Notes under the pieces: model-generated
Told to the model about the DNA's origin: nothing
Databases searched by the model: none
Seen by the model: the letters and a program-made list of their open reading frames with translations, nothing else
NCBI RefSeq assembly: GCF_963921235.1
Contig: NC_086097.1
Location: 108,812,001-108,876,000 of the forward strand
Length of the DNA stretch: 64,000 nt
From: Mobula hypostoma
Taxonomy: Eukaryota
Direction of reading: 5' to 3'
In this document: positions 26,955-39,899 of the stretch, in pieces
Numbering within the stretch: the stretch's first letter is position 1
Layout: each line of letters begins with the position of its first letter
Program-made: the position numbers and the translations under genes

Positions 26955-27352
26955 CTTGGAGCGGTGGAGGATGAGAGGTAACCTGATCGAGGTGTACAAG
27001 ATAATGAAGGGCATTGATCATATGGATAATCAGAGGCTTTTTCCCCAGGGCTGAAATGGCTAACACGAGAGGGCATAGTTTTAAGGTGCTTGGAAGCAGA
27101 TACAGAGGAGATGTCAGGGGTAAGTTTTTCTTTTAAAAACACAGAGAGTGGTGAGTACGTGGAATGGGCTGCCAGCGATGGTGATGGAGGCGGAAATGAT
27201 AGGGTCTTTTAAGAGACTCCTGGATAAGTACATAGAGCTTAGAAAAATAGGGGGTTATGGGTAAGCCTGGGTAGTTCTAAAGTAACGACATGTTCAGCAC
27301 AACTTTGTGGGCTGAAAGGCCTGTATTGTGTTGTAGGTTTTCTATGTTTCTA
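26955..27352 (+). mobile_element. CR1 3' end
   Basis: …RRMRGNLIEVYKIM-like sequence and TTCTATG tail. Confidence 0.78.
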
Positions 27353-28956
27353 TTCACACTGCTTAATTGTGGCAATTGCTCTTTTCATCAAATACCAGTG
27401 ACTATCTTCCCACAAATTCATGGTTCTTCATATGTGCTAACAATTTGGTCATGGATGTCCAGACTTCAGGACATTGAAAAAAGATCTAGATCCTCCTGAA
27501 AGCTACCTAGGAAAATAAAGGTTTTGCCAAGTGCTGCCAAGATTGTCTCATTCTGCCTGCTATCTGAACATTGTGAAAGCCAGAGAGCTATACCATGCCC
27601 AGTTATGTGACCAGCCACTCACCCATGATCCAACACCAAATATTTTAATCCCTTTCAAGCTCATGTCAATTTAGCAGCAACTTCAGAACCAAGATAAGAT
27701 CAAACTTCAAGTAGAAACTGACAGATACCATCCACACCAGAAAGTCTGCAGATGCTGGAAATCTAAAGCAAGACAAACAAAACACTGTTGGGACTCAGAA
27801 GGTCAGGCAGCATCTATGGAAAAGAGTAAACAGTCAACGTTTCGGGCTGAGACCCTTATTCCTCAGGACTAGGCTAGCAGCACTAACAAACCCCATTATC
27901 AGTTGCTTTAGACTACTGAACAACTGAGAAATGCTTATCCACCTGCCTTAGGAACCATCCACATTCACATGATAGTTATTTATCTCCAAGTTACCAGAAT
28001 CATCTCGGATTCACAGAAATCAATGCAATTGAAGTGGCATCCTTATTTTCATAGGAAGACTACCCGGTGGCTGCCTATAAACAGACAAGGGGCCTTAAAA
28101 TTACATCTGCACAAGCCCAAACCCTGCAGCCCACACTGGAACACACAACACTACAGTCTCATGACAGCCTCACCTCTCAATGCTGCCCCTCTTGGCTGAC
28201 CAGAAACATCACCCACCACAGCCTGGCAACTGACCCTCCAAGGAAAACTGGACAATCTTTGATCAGGAGGACAGGCCAGAGAAGATACGGCCACCTGCTC
28301 CACAAGTTAAATACCAGGGACAAAGTTTGTGACGGTAGGGGCTAAGCTAGACCTCTACCTACACACAGAATTCCTTCCCAGAGAGATCAGGATAAAAGTG
28401 TGCCCTATTACTTCATACAGTAAATTGCCCAGCAGGATGAGAGGTGCAAGGTACATGGTTTGAATAATTGGGAGGAAAGGGGTATTTTTAAAAAGAAAAA
28501 AATATTAAGACCAGCTTCTATCTTCATTTAATTGATTGTCCAGAATACCACTGCCAGACTGTTGGCAGTCTGGTCTCAGAAAATGGCAAACGCAGACAAA
28601 TATTTTTTATTTAGTTTTATTGAAGTTTCTTCCCAAGTCTCAATAAGCTATATACCTCCCACCATTCTGTATGAGGACAAAATCGCGGGTATGCAGGCTC
28701 CAGTGCTACAAAAGTTAGCTGAAAAACACGGGGAGCAATTGGCGTGAACGACGCATAAGATTTGAAGCTGAAAAATTAGAGCATGAATGATCAATGTGCA
28801 CCTAATGAGGCACCCACCTTCCACTTGAAAAGTGAGTATAATGACTTCGGTTACTCTGCTAATTCAGCGCACGGTACTCATACACACTCGCATTCGCAAC
28901 ATGCAGCTACACACCAAGCAACACCGGTATTTATATAGCGTAATAATCGCACTTAC

Positions 28957-28985
28957 GAAGTTGCCCACTGTTATGGTCGGAGGCT
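28957..28985 (-). CDS. RGS22: RGS22-like coding exon 2 (29 nt)
   Basis: ttttcag|AG CCT CCG ACC ATA ACA GTG GGC AAC TTC|gtaagt = (E)PPTITVGNF, compare RGS22 EPPTITEEEF. Confidence 0.82.
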
Positions 28986-29606
28986 CTGAAAAACAAATTT
29001 CAAGGTGAAATGTGTAATTAATAATATCTACATTACATGGCTAATTTATTATTTTTAATTTTAATTTCATTGAGATCCAGCGTGGAATATGCCCTTCGAG
29101 CCACGCCGCCTCTCAGTCTCCCGATTTAATCCTAGCCTGATTACAAGACAATTTACAATGACCAATTAACCTGCCAACTGGTACGTCTTTGGACTGCGAG
29201 AGGAAACTGGAACGGGCAGCGCCGGGAATTGAACCTGATTGTGCTAAGCACTTCTGCCGTATGCAAAATTTCCAGTGCATTATTCATACTCAAATTACTA
29301 TCACATTTGTAAGACACCGGCCTTCAATTATAACAATCAGCTGAAGCTGGTGACGCTTTTGTCACATACCAGAACCTAAGTATATGTTGTTTCAAATCGC
29401 CAATTGCCCGCTTCAGAGGTAGAAGCACAAGCATAGGCCTGTCTGTTAGCTTTTTTTCCGGCGTTCTAAATTGAGTATGGTTTCATCAAATTCTTCAGCT
29501 GACTTGAAGTATAGTACAACTAATTATGTACAAACGGATATACAGCGATAAACCCAGTAAAAAAAACACTAACTGCTATGAATATAACGTTCTCATTTAC
29601 ACATAC

Positions 29607-29652
29607 CAGTAGTTAATTTGCCTGGTGGTAGGTTTCGTTGCTCCATTGTCAT
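29607..29652 (-). CDS. RGS22: RGS22-like coding exon 1
   Basis: Minus strand MTMEQRNLPPGKLTT+G then donor GTATGT; resembles the RGS22 start (MPEKRLTA-E); phase matches exon 2. The start could be either ATG. Confidence 0.7.
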
Positions 29653-30211
29653 ACACCAGTTTCAGAGCAATGTCAACAAAAGTCTGTGGACGATTGATCG
29701 ACAGAAGACTGTGATTTGTCAGGACTTTATTCTTAGAAATATCCGATAACCCCGAGTTACAAAATTCTCGGGATACAAGTCAGTGCCGTTGGCCAAAACC
29801 AGTTCGCGAAGCAATTCTGTGGGAAAGGGGATGGAAGGAATTTTGTGTCGTATTGATTGAAGTTGCAGTTTTTAAAAAAGGCGCGCACTTAGCAAGCAAT
29901 TCTGCAGTCCCGTCCTTTGACTTGGATGAGCACCTTAACGAGTTTTCAGCACAGGGAGCATTTGGTCAAAGAAAGATCAAGAAGCTATCTTGACCCAGGC
30001 GAGGGAATTTTCACCTAGGTCCATCCAACACCAGTAACTTCACTTCACTGAAACGATTAAGACCATCACACGCCTTTGGATTGAAAGGCCGTCGCCGTGA
30101 CCTCCACTCTCTGTCATTACTTTTACTTAGTTAGTAAACAAACGTCACAAAGTAGCACGTCACAAACTAGCTAAGGAAGATTTCGCAGATTTGGCTGCAA
30201 ATGATTTAAAA

Positions 30212-30290
30212 CGGGATTCTCAATCTGGGGTCCATGGAGCTCTTGCTCAATGATACTGATCCATGGCATAAAAAAGGTTGGGAGCCCCTG
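30212..30290. mobile_element. hAT-type MITE, same family as 52050-52130
   Basis: Degenerate CAGGGGTTCCCAACC-type TIRs; shares internal sequence with the copy at 52050. Confidence 0.6.
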
Positions 30291-30376
30291 TTTTAATGGA
30301 AGGCTAAATGTTAGCAACACACATAAAAGTTGCTGGTGAACGCAGCAGGCCAGGCAGCATCTCTAGGAAGAGGTGC

Positions 30377-30412
30377 AGTTGACGTTTCAGGCCGAGACCC
30401 TTCGTCAGGACT
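30377..30412 (-). ncRNA. Minimal hammerhead ribozyme motif (one stem I mismatch)
   Basis: Reverse complement AGTC-CTGACGA-AGGGTCTCGGCCT-GAAA-CGTC-AACT. Confidence 0.68.
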
Positions 30413-33038
30413 AACTGAAGGAAGAGTGAGTAAGGGATTTGAAAGTTGGAGGGGGAGGGGGAGATCCAAAATGATAGGAGAAGACAGGAGGGGGAGGGAT
30501 GGAGCCAAGAGCTGGACAGGTGATAGGCAAAAGGGATACGAGAGGATCATGGGACAGGAGGTCCGGGAAGAAAGACAAGGAGTGGGGGGGAACCCAGAGA
30601 ATGGGTAAGGGGTATAGTCAGAGGGACAGAGGGAGAAAAAGGAGAGTGAGAGAAAGAATGTGTGTATAAAAATAAGTAACAGATGGGGTACAAGGGGGAG
30701 GTGGGGCATTAGCAGAAGTTAGAGAAGTCGATGTTCATGCCATCAGGTTGGAGGCTACCCAGACGGAATATAAGGTGTTGTTCCTCCAACCTGAGTGTGG
30801 TTTCATCTTTACGGTAGAGGAGGCCGTGGATAGACATGTCAGAATGGGAATGGGATGTGGAATTAAAATGTGTGGCCACTGGGAGATCCTGCTTTCTCTG
30901 GCAGACAGAGCGTAGGTGTTCAGCAAAGCGGTCTCCCAGTCTGCGTCGGGTCTCGCCAATATATAAAAGGCCACATCGGGAGCACTGGACGCAGTATATC
31001 ACCCCAGCTGACTCACAGGTGAAGTGTTGCCTCACCTGGAAGGACTGTTTGGGGTCCTGAATGGTGGTAAGGGAGGAAGTGTAAGGGCATGTGTAGCACT
31101 TGTTCCGCTTACACGGATAAGTGCCAGGAGGGAGATCAGTGGGGAGGGATGGGGGGGACGAATGGACAAGGGAGTCGCGTAGGGAGCGATCCCTGCGGAA
31201 TGCAGAGGGGGGGGGAGGGAAAGATGTGCTTAGTGGTGGGATCCCGTTGGAGGTGGCGGAAGTTACGGAAAATAATATGTTGGACCCGGAGGCTGGTGGG
31301 GTGGTAGGTGAGGACCAGGGGAACCCTATTCCTAGTGGGGTGGTGGGAGGATGGAGTGAGAGCAGATGTACGTGAAATGGGGGAGATGCGTTTAAGAGCA
31401 GAGTTGATAGTGGAGGAAGGGAAGCCCCTTTCTTTAAAAAATGAAGACATCTCCCTCGTCCTAGAATGAAAAGCCTCATCCTGAGAGCAGATGCGGCGGA
31501 GACGGAGGAATTGTGAGAAGGGGGTGGCGTTTTTGCAAGAGACAGGGTGAGAAGAGGAATAGTCCAGATAGCTGTGAGAGTCAGTAGGCTTATAGTAGAC
31601 ATCAGTGGATAAGCTGTCTCCAGAGACAGAGACAAAAAGATCTAGAAAGGGGAGGGAGGTGTCGGAAATGGACCAGGTAAACTTGAGGACAGGGTGAAAG
31701 TTGGAGGCAAAGTTAATAAAATCAACGAGCTCTGCATGCGTGCAGGAAGCAGCGCCAATGCAGTCGTCGATGTAGCGAAGGAGAAGTGGGGGACAGATAC
31801 CAGAATAGGCACAGAACATAGATTGTTCCACAAAGCCAACAAAAAGGCAGGCATAGCTAGGACCCATACGGGTGCCCATAGCTACACCTTTAGTTTCTTC
31901 TCACCCTGTCTCTTGCAAAAACGTCATCCCCTTCTCGCAATTCCTCCGTCTCCAGCTGCATCTGCTCTCAGGATGAGGCTTTTCATTCTAGGATGAGGGA
32001 GATGTCTTCCTTTTTTAAAGAAAGGGGCTTCCCTTCCTCCACTATCAACTCTGCTCTTAAACGCATCTCCCCCATTTCACGTACATCTGCTTTCACTCCA
32101 TCCTCCCGCCACCCCACTAGGAATAGAGTTCCCCTGGTCCTCACCTTCCACCCCACCAGCCTCCGGGTCCAACATATTATTTTCCGTAACTTCCGCCACC
32201 TCCAACGGGATCCCACCACTAAGCACATCTTTCCCTCCCCCCCCCCCGCATTCCGCAGAGATCGCTCCTTACGCGACTCCCTTGTCCATTCGTCCCCCGC
32301 ATCCCTCCCCACTGATCTCCCTCCTGGCACTTATCCGTGTAAGCGGAACAAGTGCTACACATGCCCTTACACTTCCTCCCTTACCATCATTCAGGGCCCC
32401 AAACAGTCCTTCCGGGTGAGGCAACACTTCACCTGTGAGTCGGCTGGGGTGATATACTGCGTCTGGTGCTCCCGATGTGGCCTTTTATATATTGGCGAGA
32501 CCCGACGCAGACTGGGAGACCGCTTTGCTGAACACCTACGCTCTGTCTGCCAGAGAAAGCAGGATCTCCCAGTGGCCACACGTTTTAATTTCACATCCCA
32601 TTCCCATTCTGACATGTCTATCCACGGCCTTCTCTACTGTAAAGATGAAGCCACACTCAGGTTGGAGGAACAACACCTTATATTCCGTCTGGGTAGCCTC
32701 CAACCTGATGGCATGAACATCGACTTCTCTAACTTCCGCTAATGCCCCACCTCCCCCTCGTACCCCATCTGTTACTTATTTTTATACACACATTCTTTCT
32801 CTCACTCTCCTTTTTCTCCCTCTGTCCCTCTGAACATACCCCTTGCCCATCCTCTGGGTTCCCCCCCACTCCTTGTCTTTCTTCCCGGACCTCCTGTCCC
32901 TTGATCCTCTCGTATCCCTTTTGCCCATCACCTGTCCAGCTCTTGGCTCCATCCCTCCCCCTCCTGTCTTCTCCTATCATTTTGGATCTCCCCCTCCCCC
33001 TCCAACTTTCAAATCCCTTACTCACTCTTCCTTCAGTT

Positions 33039-33074
33039 AGTCCTGACGAAGGGTCTCGGCCTGAAACGTCGACT
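33039..33074 (+). ncRNA. Minimal hammerhead ribozyme motif
   Basis: AGTC-CTGACGA-AGGGTCTCGGCCT-GAAA-CGTC-GACT. Confidence 0.78.
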
Positions 33075-33710
33075 GCACCTCTTCCTAGAGATGCTGCCTG
33101 GCCTGCTGCGTTCACCAGCAACTTTTATGTGTGTTGCTTGAATTTCCAGCATCTCCAGAATTCCTGTTGTTTGCGAGGCTAAATGTTAGACAGTTTGCCC
33201 ATCCTAACCCAGAATAGAGATCCCCAATCCCATTTACAATCAGCGTTTTGCTTCTTCAATATCTGTAAACCTACTCTTTGGGAAAGCAATGTTCCAAATG
33301 TTCATTACATTAATACTTTCACTCGGAGTGGGAGTATAAGATAGAAGGAAAAGTTGAAATCCAAACATTAAATCTTATTAATTTGAATAATAACTTGTCA
33401 AATTAAATAAAACAGTCCAAGAGTTAAATATCACTTGCCTATCATTGCTCTGCTGTACTTTGAAAAGCTACATGCTACAACCTGTCTTAGGGCAATAGTA
33501 TTTCCGGCTTGGCCAACTGGAATATTGTGAGAAGTGCTGGATACTGTATTTTGAAAGAGATGGTAAGACTCCAGTGAGGATACAGAAAAGATTTACCATG
33601 CATGAAAAACTTCAGTTAATTGACTAAATTATAGAGAAAACCAAATTACATCCTGTTCTGACGAAAGGCCATCAACCTGAAATATTAACTGTTTTTCTTT
33701 CCACAGCTGT

Positions 33711-34320
33711 TTTCTGGAGTAGGAGCAGCACAACGCGCAGGTGTCCAACCTGGTGAGACGAAGGAGGGGCCAGGCCCGGAGTCACCCCATAGTGCCCGGA
33801 TCCTCCAAGTGTTGCAAACTAATCCCTCTAACATGAAGTCTAACAGGAGGCAGATCAAATGGCCTGCAGCTAACATGACTTGACTGTGGAAGCAGTTTGA
33901 TGAAGATGTTAACCAAATTCTGGAGGCAACGGTGAAGGGAGGGGTTGATAGGAAGCTGCAAGCCATGACACAGCAACTGGCAGCAGGCTGGATGGAGAGC
34001 GAGGTGTCTCCCAGTGGAGGGTGGTTGTAGGGGATTCGTAGCCCGTTCTTTAGTTAGAGCCTTCAGCATTTTGGGCATCGAGGGAGAGAGGAAGAGGAGA
34101 GCCATCCGCAGTACCACCGATGCAGCAGAGAGGGCCTCAAGATGGCTGTGGCTCAAAAGAGGGGAGCCATGGAGTCACAAGTAGCTAGCCATCTGGACAC
34201 AAGCTGGGGTCTGATCAGCCCTGGCTGGGTCACCTGGAGGAGGTTGTATGATGTTGAAAGACCTGAAACACCCGATGATTCCAGGAACATCACTGAAGAT
34301 GTGTCCAGAAGCATCAATAG
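33711..34320 (+). mobile_element. Internally deleted Hero-like (R2 group, RLE) non-LTR retrotransposon
   Basis: N-terminal RQIKWPAAN…WKQFDEDVNQILEATVKGGVDRKLQAMT joined directly to C-terminal GWRARCLPVEGGCRGFVARSL…AAERASRWLWLKR*. Confidence 0.7.
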
Positions 34321-34825
34321 ATGTATGTACACAGCAGTGATCCAGCTTGCAATCTTTCTAGCAAATCGAATTAAATCTAGATAAATGAGAGGTAAACACA
34401 AGAGATTCTTCAGATGCTGGAAATCCAGAGCAACCCACTGCTGGAGGAACTCAAGTCAATCAGCATCTATGGAAATAAATAAACGGTTGACGTTTCAGGC
34501 TGAGACCCTTCATCAGGACTTTAAAGGAAGGGGGAAAAAGCCAGAATAAGAAGATGTAGGGGAGGGGAAGGAGTACAGACTAGAAGGTAATTGGTGAAGT
34601 CTGGTGGGTGGGGGAGAGGTTGAAGTAAGAATCTGGGAGGAGTAGGTGGTAAAGGTAAAGGACTGGAGAAGAAGGAAAGGAGAGTGGACCATAGGAGAAA
34701 GGGAAGGAGGAGGAGCATCAGAGGGAGAAGATAGGCAGGTGAGGAGAAGAGAAGAGATAAGAGAGGGACTAAGGTGGGAAATTGAAGAGGAAAAGGGAAG
34801 GGGAAAATTACTAGAAATTGGAGAA

Positions 34826-37107
34826 GCAGCTGAAAATGGTTGGTCCTAGGACACTTCCCTGAGGAACTCCTGCAATGATGTCCTGAGGATGAGATGATTG
34901 ACCTCCAACCACCACAACCACCTTCCTTTGCGTCAGGTAGGAATCCAACCAGCTGAAGGTTTTTCCTCTAATTCCCACTGTCTCCATTTTAGCAAGGGCA
35001 ACTTGATTCCATACTCCGTCAAATGTTGCCTTGATGTCGAGGGCTATCACTCTCACCTCACCTCTGGTATTTAGCTCTTTGGTCCATGTTTGGAGCAAGG
35101 AAGTGACGAGGACTGTTGCTGAGAGGCCTTGGCGGAACCCAAACTGGGTATCCGTAAGCAAGTTATTGCCGAGTAGGTGCTGCATGATAGCACTGTTGAT
35201 GACCCCTTCCATCACTTTGCTGATGATTTGGAGTACGCAGATAGGGTGGTAATTGGCTGGGTGGACTTGACCTGTTTCTTCTGTACGGGACATACCTGGG
35301 GCAATTTTCCAAATTGCCAGGTAGATGCTGGTGTTGTTGCTATACTGGAACAGCTTGGCTAGTGGTGCAGCAAGTTCTGGGCCACAAGTCTTCAGGACTA
35401 TCACCAGGATTTTGTCTGGGCCCATAGCTTTCACCGTATTCAATGCTTTCAGCCATTTCTTGATATCACATGGAGTGAATTGGATTGGCTGCATACTGAC
35501 ATCTGGGAAGCTGTGGACTTCTGGAGGAGGCCGAGCTGGATCATCTACTCGGCATTTCTAACTGGAGATTGTTGCAAATGCCTCAGCCTTGTCTTTTGCA
35601 CAGATGCTCCGGGCTCCTCTATCATTCAGGATGGCGATATTTGTGGAGCCTCCTCCTCCAGTGAGTTGTTTGATTGTCCACCACCACTCACGGCTGGATG
35701 TGGCAGGTCTACAGAGCCTGGATCTGATTCGTTGGTTGTGGGAGCACTTTGCTCAGTCTATTACTTGCTGCTTATGGTGTTTGGCGTGAGAGTAGTCCTG
35801 TATTGTGGCTTCACCAGGGTGACATCTCGTATTGAGATATGCCTGGTATTGTTCTCAGCATGCCCTCCTGCACTCTTCATTGAACCAGGTTGATCCCCTG
35901 GCCTGGTGGTGATGTTAGAGTGGTGGATATGCCGGGCCATGAGGTTACAGATTGTAGTTGAGTACAATTCTGCTGCTCCTGATGGCCCACAGCACCTCAT
36001 AGGTGCCCAGTCTTGGGCTGCTAGATCTGTTCAATGTCTACCCCCTTTAGCAGTGGAGGATTTCTTCAATATGAAGACAGGATTTAGTCTCCACAAATAC
36101 TGTGTGGTGTCACTTCTACCAATGCTGTCATGGACAGATGCTTCCGCAGCAGGCAGGTTGGTGAGAATGAAGTCAAGTGTGTTTTCCTCTCTTGTTGGTT
36201 CCCTCACCACCTGCTGTCATCCCCGTCCAGTAGCTGTGTCCAGTAGGACCTGGCCAGCTTGGTCTGTGGTGGTACTAACGAGCCACTCTTGGTGATGGAC
36301 ATTAAAGTCCCCACCCAGAGTACATTCTGTGCCCTCGCTACCCTTAATGGCTCCTCCAAGTGCTGCTCAACATGGAGAAGTACCGATTCGTCAGCTGAGG
36401 GAGGACAAGACGTGGTAATCAGTAGATTTCCTTACCCATGTTTAACCTGGAGCCATGAGACTTCATGGGGTCCAGAATCGATGTTGGGAGTTACCAGGGC
36501 AACTCCCTCTCTGCGGTATACCACTGTGCCACTACCTCTGCTAGATCTGTCCTGCCAGTGAGACAGTACATACCCAGGAATGGTGATGATGGAGTCTGGA
36601 ATGTTAACTGTAAGGTCTGAATCTGTCAGTACAACTCTGTCAGGCTGTTGTTTGACTACTCTGAGACAGATCTCCCAACTTTGGTACAAGTCCCCAGATG
36701 TTAGTAAGGAGGACTTTGCAGGGTTGACAGGGCTGGTTTTGCCATTGTTGTTTCCAGTGCCTGTTGATGCTAGGTTATCTACTTGGCTTCATTCCTCATT
36801 ATTTTCTTTTTAGCAGTTGTTTACAACTGAATGGCTTGTGAGGACATTTCAGAGGGAATTTAAGAGTCACCCACATTGCTGTGGGTCTGGAGTCACATAT
36901 AGGCCAGGTAAGGACAGCAGATTCCTCCCCTAAAGGACTTTAGTGAACCAGTTGGATTTTTATGACAATCGACGTGGTTTCATAGTCATCAGATATTTTT
37001 TTGAATTCGAATTCACCATCTGCCATGGTGGGATTCGAACTCATATCCCCAGAATGTAACTGGGTCTCTGGATTACAGATCCAGTGGTAATTATCACTAC
37101 GCCAAAT
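34826..37107 (-). mobile_element. CR1/L2-group LINE (APE+RT) with a tRNA-like 5' head
   Basis: RT motifs ALDIKATFDGVW and GVPQGSVLGPTIF; APE fragments (QQPDRVVLTDS, IPGYVLSHWQDR); 5' A/B boxes TGGCGTAGTG / GTTCGAATCC on the minus strand. Confidence 0.8.
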
Positions 37108-37419
37108 CTCCCTTAAAAATGTGTTACTGAAACCCGTAACACATTTTATTGAATCCAAAACCTAAACATAAAAACATGTTAAAACTCTTTACCTAACAAT
37201 GTCATCACTTCAGACCAGCCTCTTAAAGTGAAACCCCTAACTCAATGTCGGTGGTTGTGTACATTTCACTCAATTACGTCACCCTACACAGGGCCCCCAC
37301 CCCCCAGAATTCACTAAAACTGGAATTGTGAGCCTGTCTGGAGCTTGACAAGCCTTCCAGCTCAGGTCCTGTGTTCCAAGGGTGCAGGTGCCTTTGGTTC
37401 ATCCAGAAGGACTCTCACA

Positions 37420-37955
37420 GTCCTCTTTCACCTCAGACGGTTGAGAAAGTTTGGTATGGGCCCCCAAATCCTAAGAACTTTCTACAGGAGCACAACTGAG
37501 AGCATCCTGTCTGGCTGAATCGCTGCCTGTATGGGAACTGTACCTCCCTTAATCACAGGACTCTGCAGAGAGTGGTGCGGTTATCCCAGCGCATCTATAG
37601 CTGTGAACTTCCCATGATTCAGGACATTTACAAAGACAAGTGTGGAAAAAAGGGCCCGGAGGATCATTGGGGACCCGAGGTACCCCGACCACAAACTGTT
37701 CCAGCTGCTACCATCTTGGAAACAGTACCACAGCATAAAAGCCAGGACCAACAGGCTCCAGGACAGCTTCTTCCACCAGGTCGTCAGACTGATTAACTCA
37801 CACTGATTTGAGTGTATTTCTATGTTACATTGACTGTTCTATCTATTATAAATTCCTATGATTGCACATTGTACATTTATATGGAGATGTAACATAAAGA
37901 TTTTTACCCCTCATGTATGTGAAGGATGTTAGAAATAAAGTCAATTCAATTCAAT
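37420..37955 (+). mobile_element. Rex1/Babar LINE 3' fragment
   Basis: Homologous to the ORF at 42522-43190; tail aataaagtcaattcaattcaatt. Confidence 0.75.
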
Positions 37956-39899
37956 TGAATGATGTGACACCAGGGGCATGCAGTACAATACTCCAAATCT
38001 TGCCGAGCCAGTTTAAGGCAATCTACCAAAACGCCTTTAGGTTTACCCCTCTTATTTATGATAAAAGTCTTTTCTCCCCATTCCAAAATATGGAACAGCC
38101 ATCATAAGGGGGCCTAAGGGGATGCTGGTGTGCATCATGGTGGACGAAAACAAATGAGGCAGAATATAGGTCAACAGGAACCCAAGAGTAACCTTACACT
38201 GAGGTTCTGGGGCCATCGCAGCCCAGAGGTCTGAAATGAACTGGGGACCGTGGTCAGGAGAAGAACCAGATGGCGTATCAAACCGAGCAACCCAGGTGCT
38301 GATGAAAGCTCGAGCCACGTCTGCAGCCGTCATCAATGTTAGCGGGATGACCTCTGGCCACCTGGTGGTACGGTCCATCATAGTAAAGAGATGTGCGAAA
38401 CTGTGGGGGGGGCGGGGAATGACAACCGCCAAGGTCCATATTGACATGGTCAAATCACTCCAAGACTTCAAAAGGCACCAATGGTACCTGAACATGACAG
38501 TTAATTTTTGCCCACTGGCTCTCCACACAGGCTGCAATCCAATCACACATATCATTTCTGAGGCCATGTCAAACAAACTTTAGCGCAAGCAGTTTCTGTG
38601 AGACCTTCCAGCCCAGATACGAGAGGCCATATATGGAGTTGAAAACAGTCCATCTCCAGTTTCTGGGTGAGAGCGATCGATTGAGACATCACACATGAGA
38701 AACCCCAGCTTCCTTGAACTTAATGTCAGACAACAACAGGCCCATTACTGCTGCTTGGTAAGCATGGACCTGGAGTCAGTAACTTGGTCGGCTGCCATGC
38801 TGGCACAAGAGGCAATCGGCCACAGCATTATTTTTCTCCTTGATGTGTTGTATATCAATTGTGACTCTGATATGTAGGCCAGATGGTGTTGCTGCCATTC
38901 AGACCAGGGGTCTGATATTTTGGCCATCGCATGCACAAGGGGATTGGGGTTAATGAATGTGACCCTCTAGAGGAAAACAAAAGACATCAGACAGCCAGAT
39001 AGAGAGAGAGAAGTTCAAGGTCAAATGTGCTATACTTCCTTTGGGGTGAGGGAGATAGGGGGCAAAGAAGGTGAGTGGCTGCCACAAGCCTCTAACCAAC
39101 TACTCCCGCGCACAGCACTGACAGTGTCGTCTGAAGCATCAGTAGTAATGGCTATGGGTGTGTTAGGGAGCGGTGTGTCAGTAGGGTTGCATTAGATAGA
39201 GCTCATTTGATATCATCAAATCTGCTGATCAGTCAAGCACTTGATTAGAGATATTGCCTTTAAGCGCACTATACACGGGGACAAGTTCAGCAGATCGCAG
39301 AATGAAGTGGTGATAGAAACTCACCATATCTAAAATCTCCTGTAGTTTTTTTAAGTAGTGCTGGATGGTGGGAAATCCATAATAGCGACTACTTTAGATG
39401 GGAGGGGTTTTGCACCTTCTGCGGAGATGCGATGGCCAAGCAAGTCAATGGTTGACAACCCAAACTGGCATCTAGCAGGGTTAATAATTAAACTGGGTTG
39501 GCTTAAGTGCTCGAAATGTGATGGGATATGCTTTCAGATTTGGGCACACTTGTGACAAGTATATCATCCAGGTTAACCAGAAGAAAATCTGAATATTTTA
39601 ATATAGAGTCCATCAGCTGTTGGAAAATCTTTTCTGTATTTTTCAGCCAAAATGGCACACACAGAAATTCAATAAGGCCAGATAGGGTTATCACAGCTGT
39701 GTTGGGAATATCTTCTGAGCACACAGGCACCTGGTGATGGCCCCTATCTAAATTGACTTCCGACATAATTAACTTTCTAGGTAAATGTGCCGAAAAGTCT
39801 TGGATGAGTGGGATTGGGGCAAGTGTATGAAGGTACTGTAGTTGTGGTGCCTGCTGCTCATTCTTTCCATAATTCTTGTTTCCTTTTTGCTTCAATGTT

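Larger units (their letters stand above)
30315..33175. mobile_element. Inverted (head-to-head) Penelope-like insertion: minus copy 30315-31895 and plus copy 31896-33175
   Basis: RT motifs MGTRMGPSYA and RYIDD; GIY-YIG motif GVIYCV.C..CGLLYIGET; 14-bp TSD AGGCTAAATGTTAG at 30301-30314 and 33176-33189. Confidence 0.93.
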
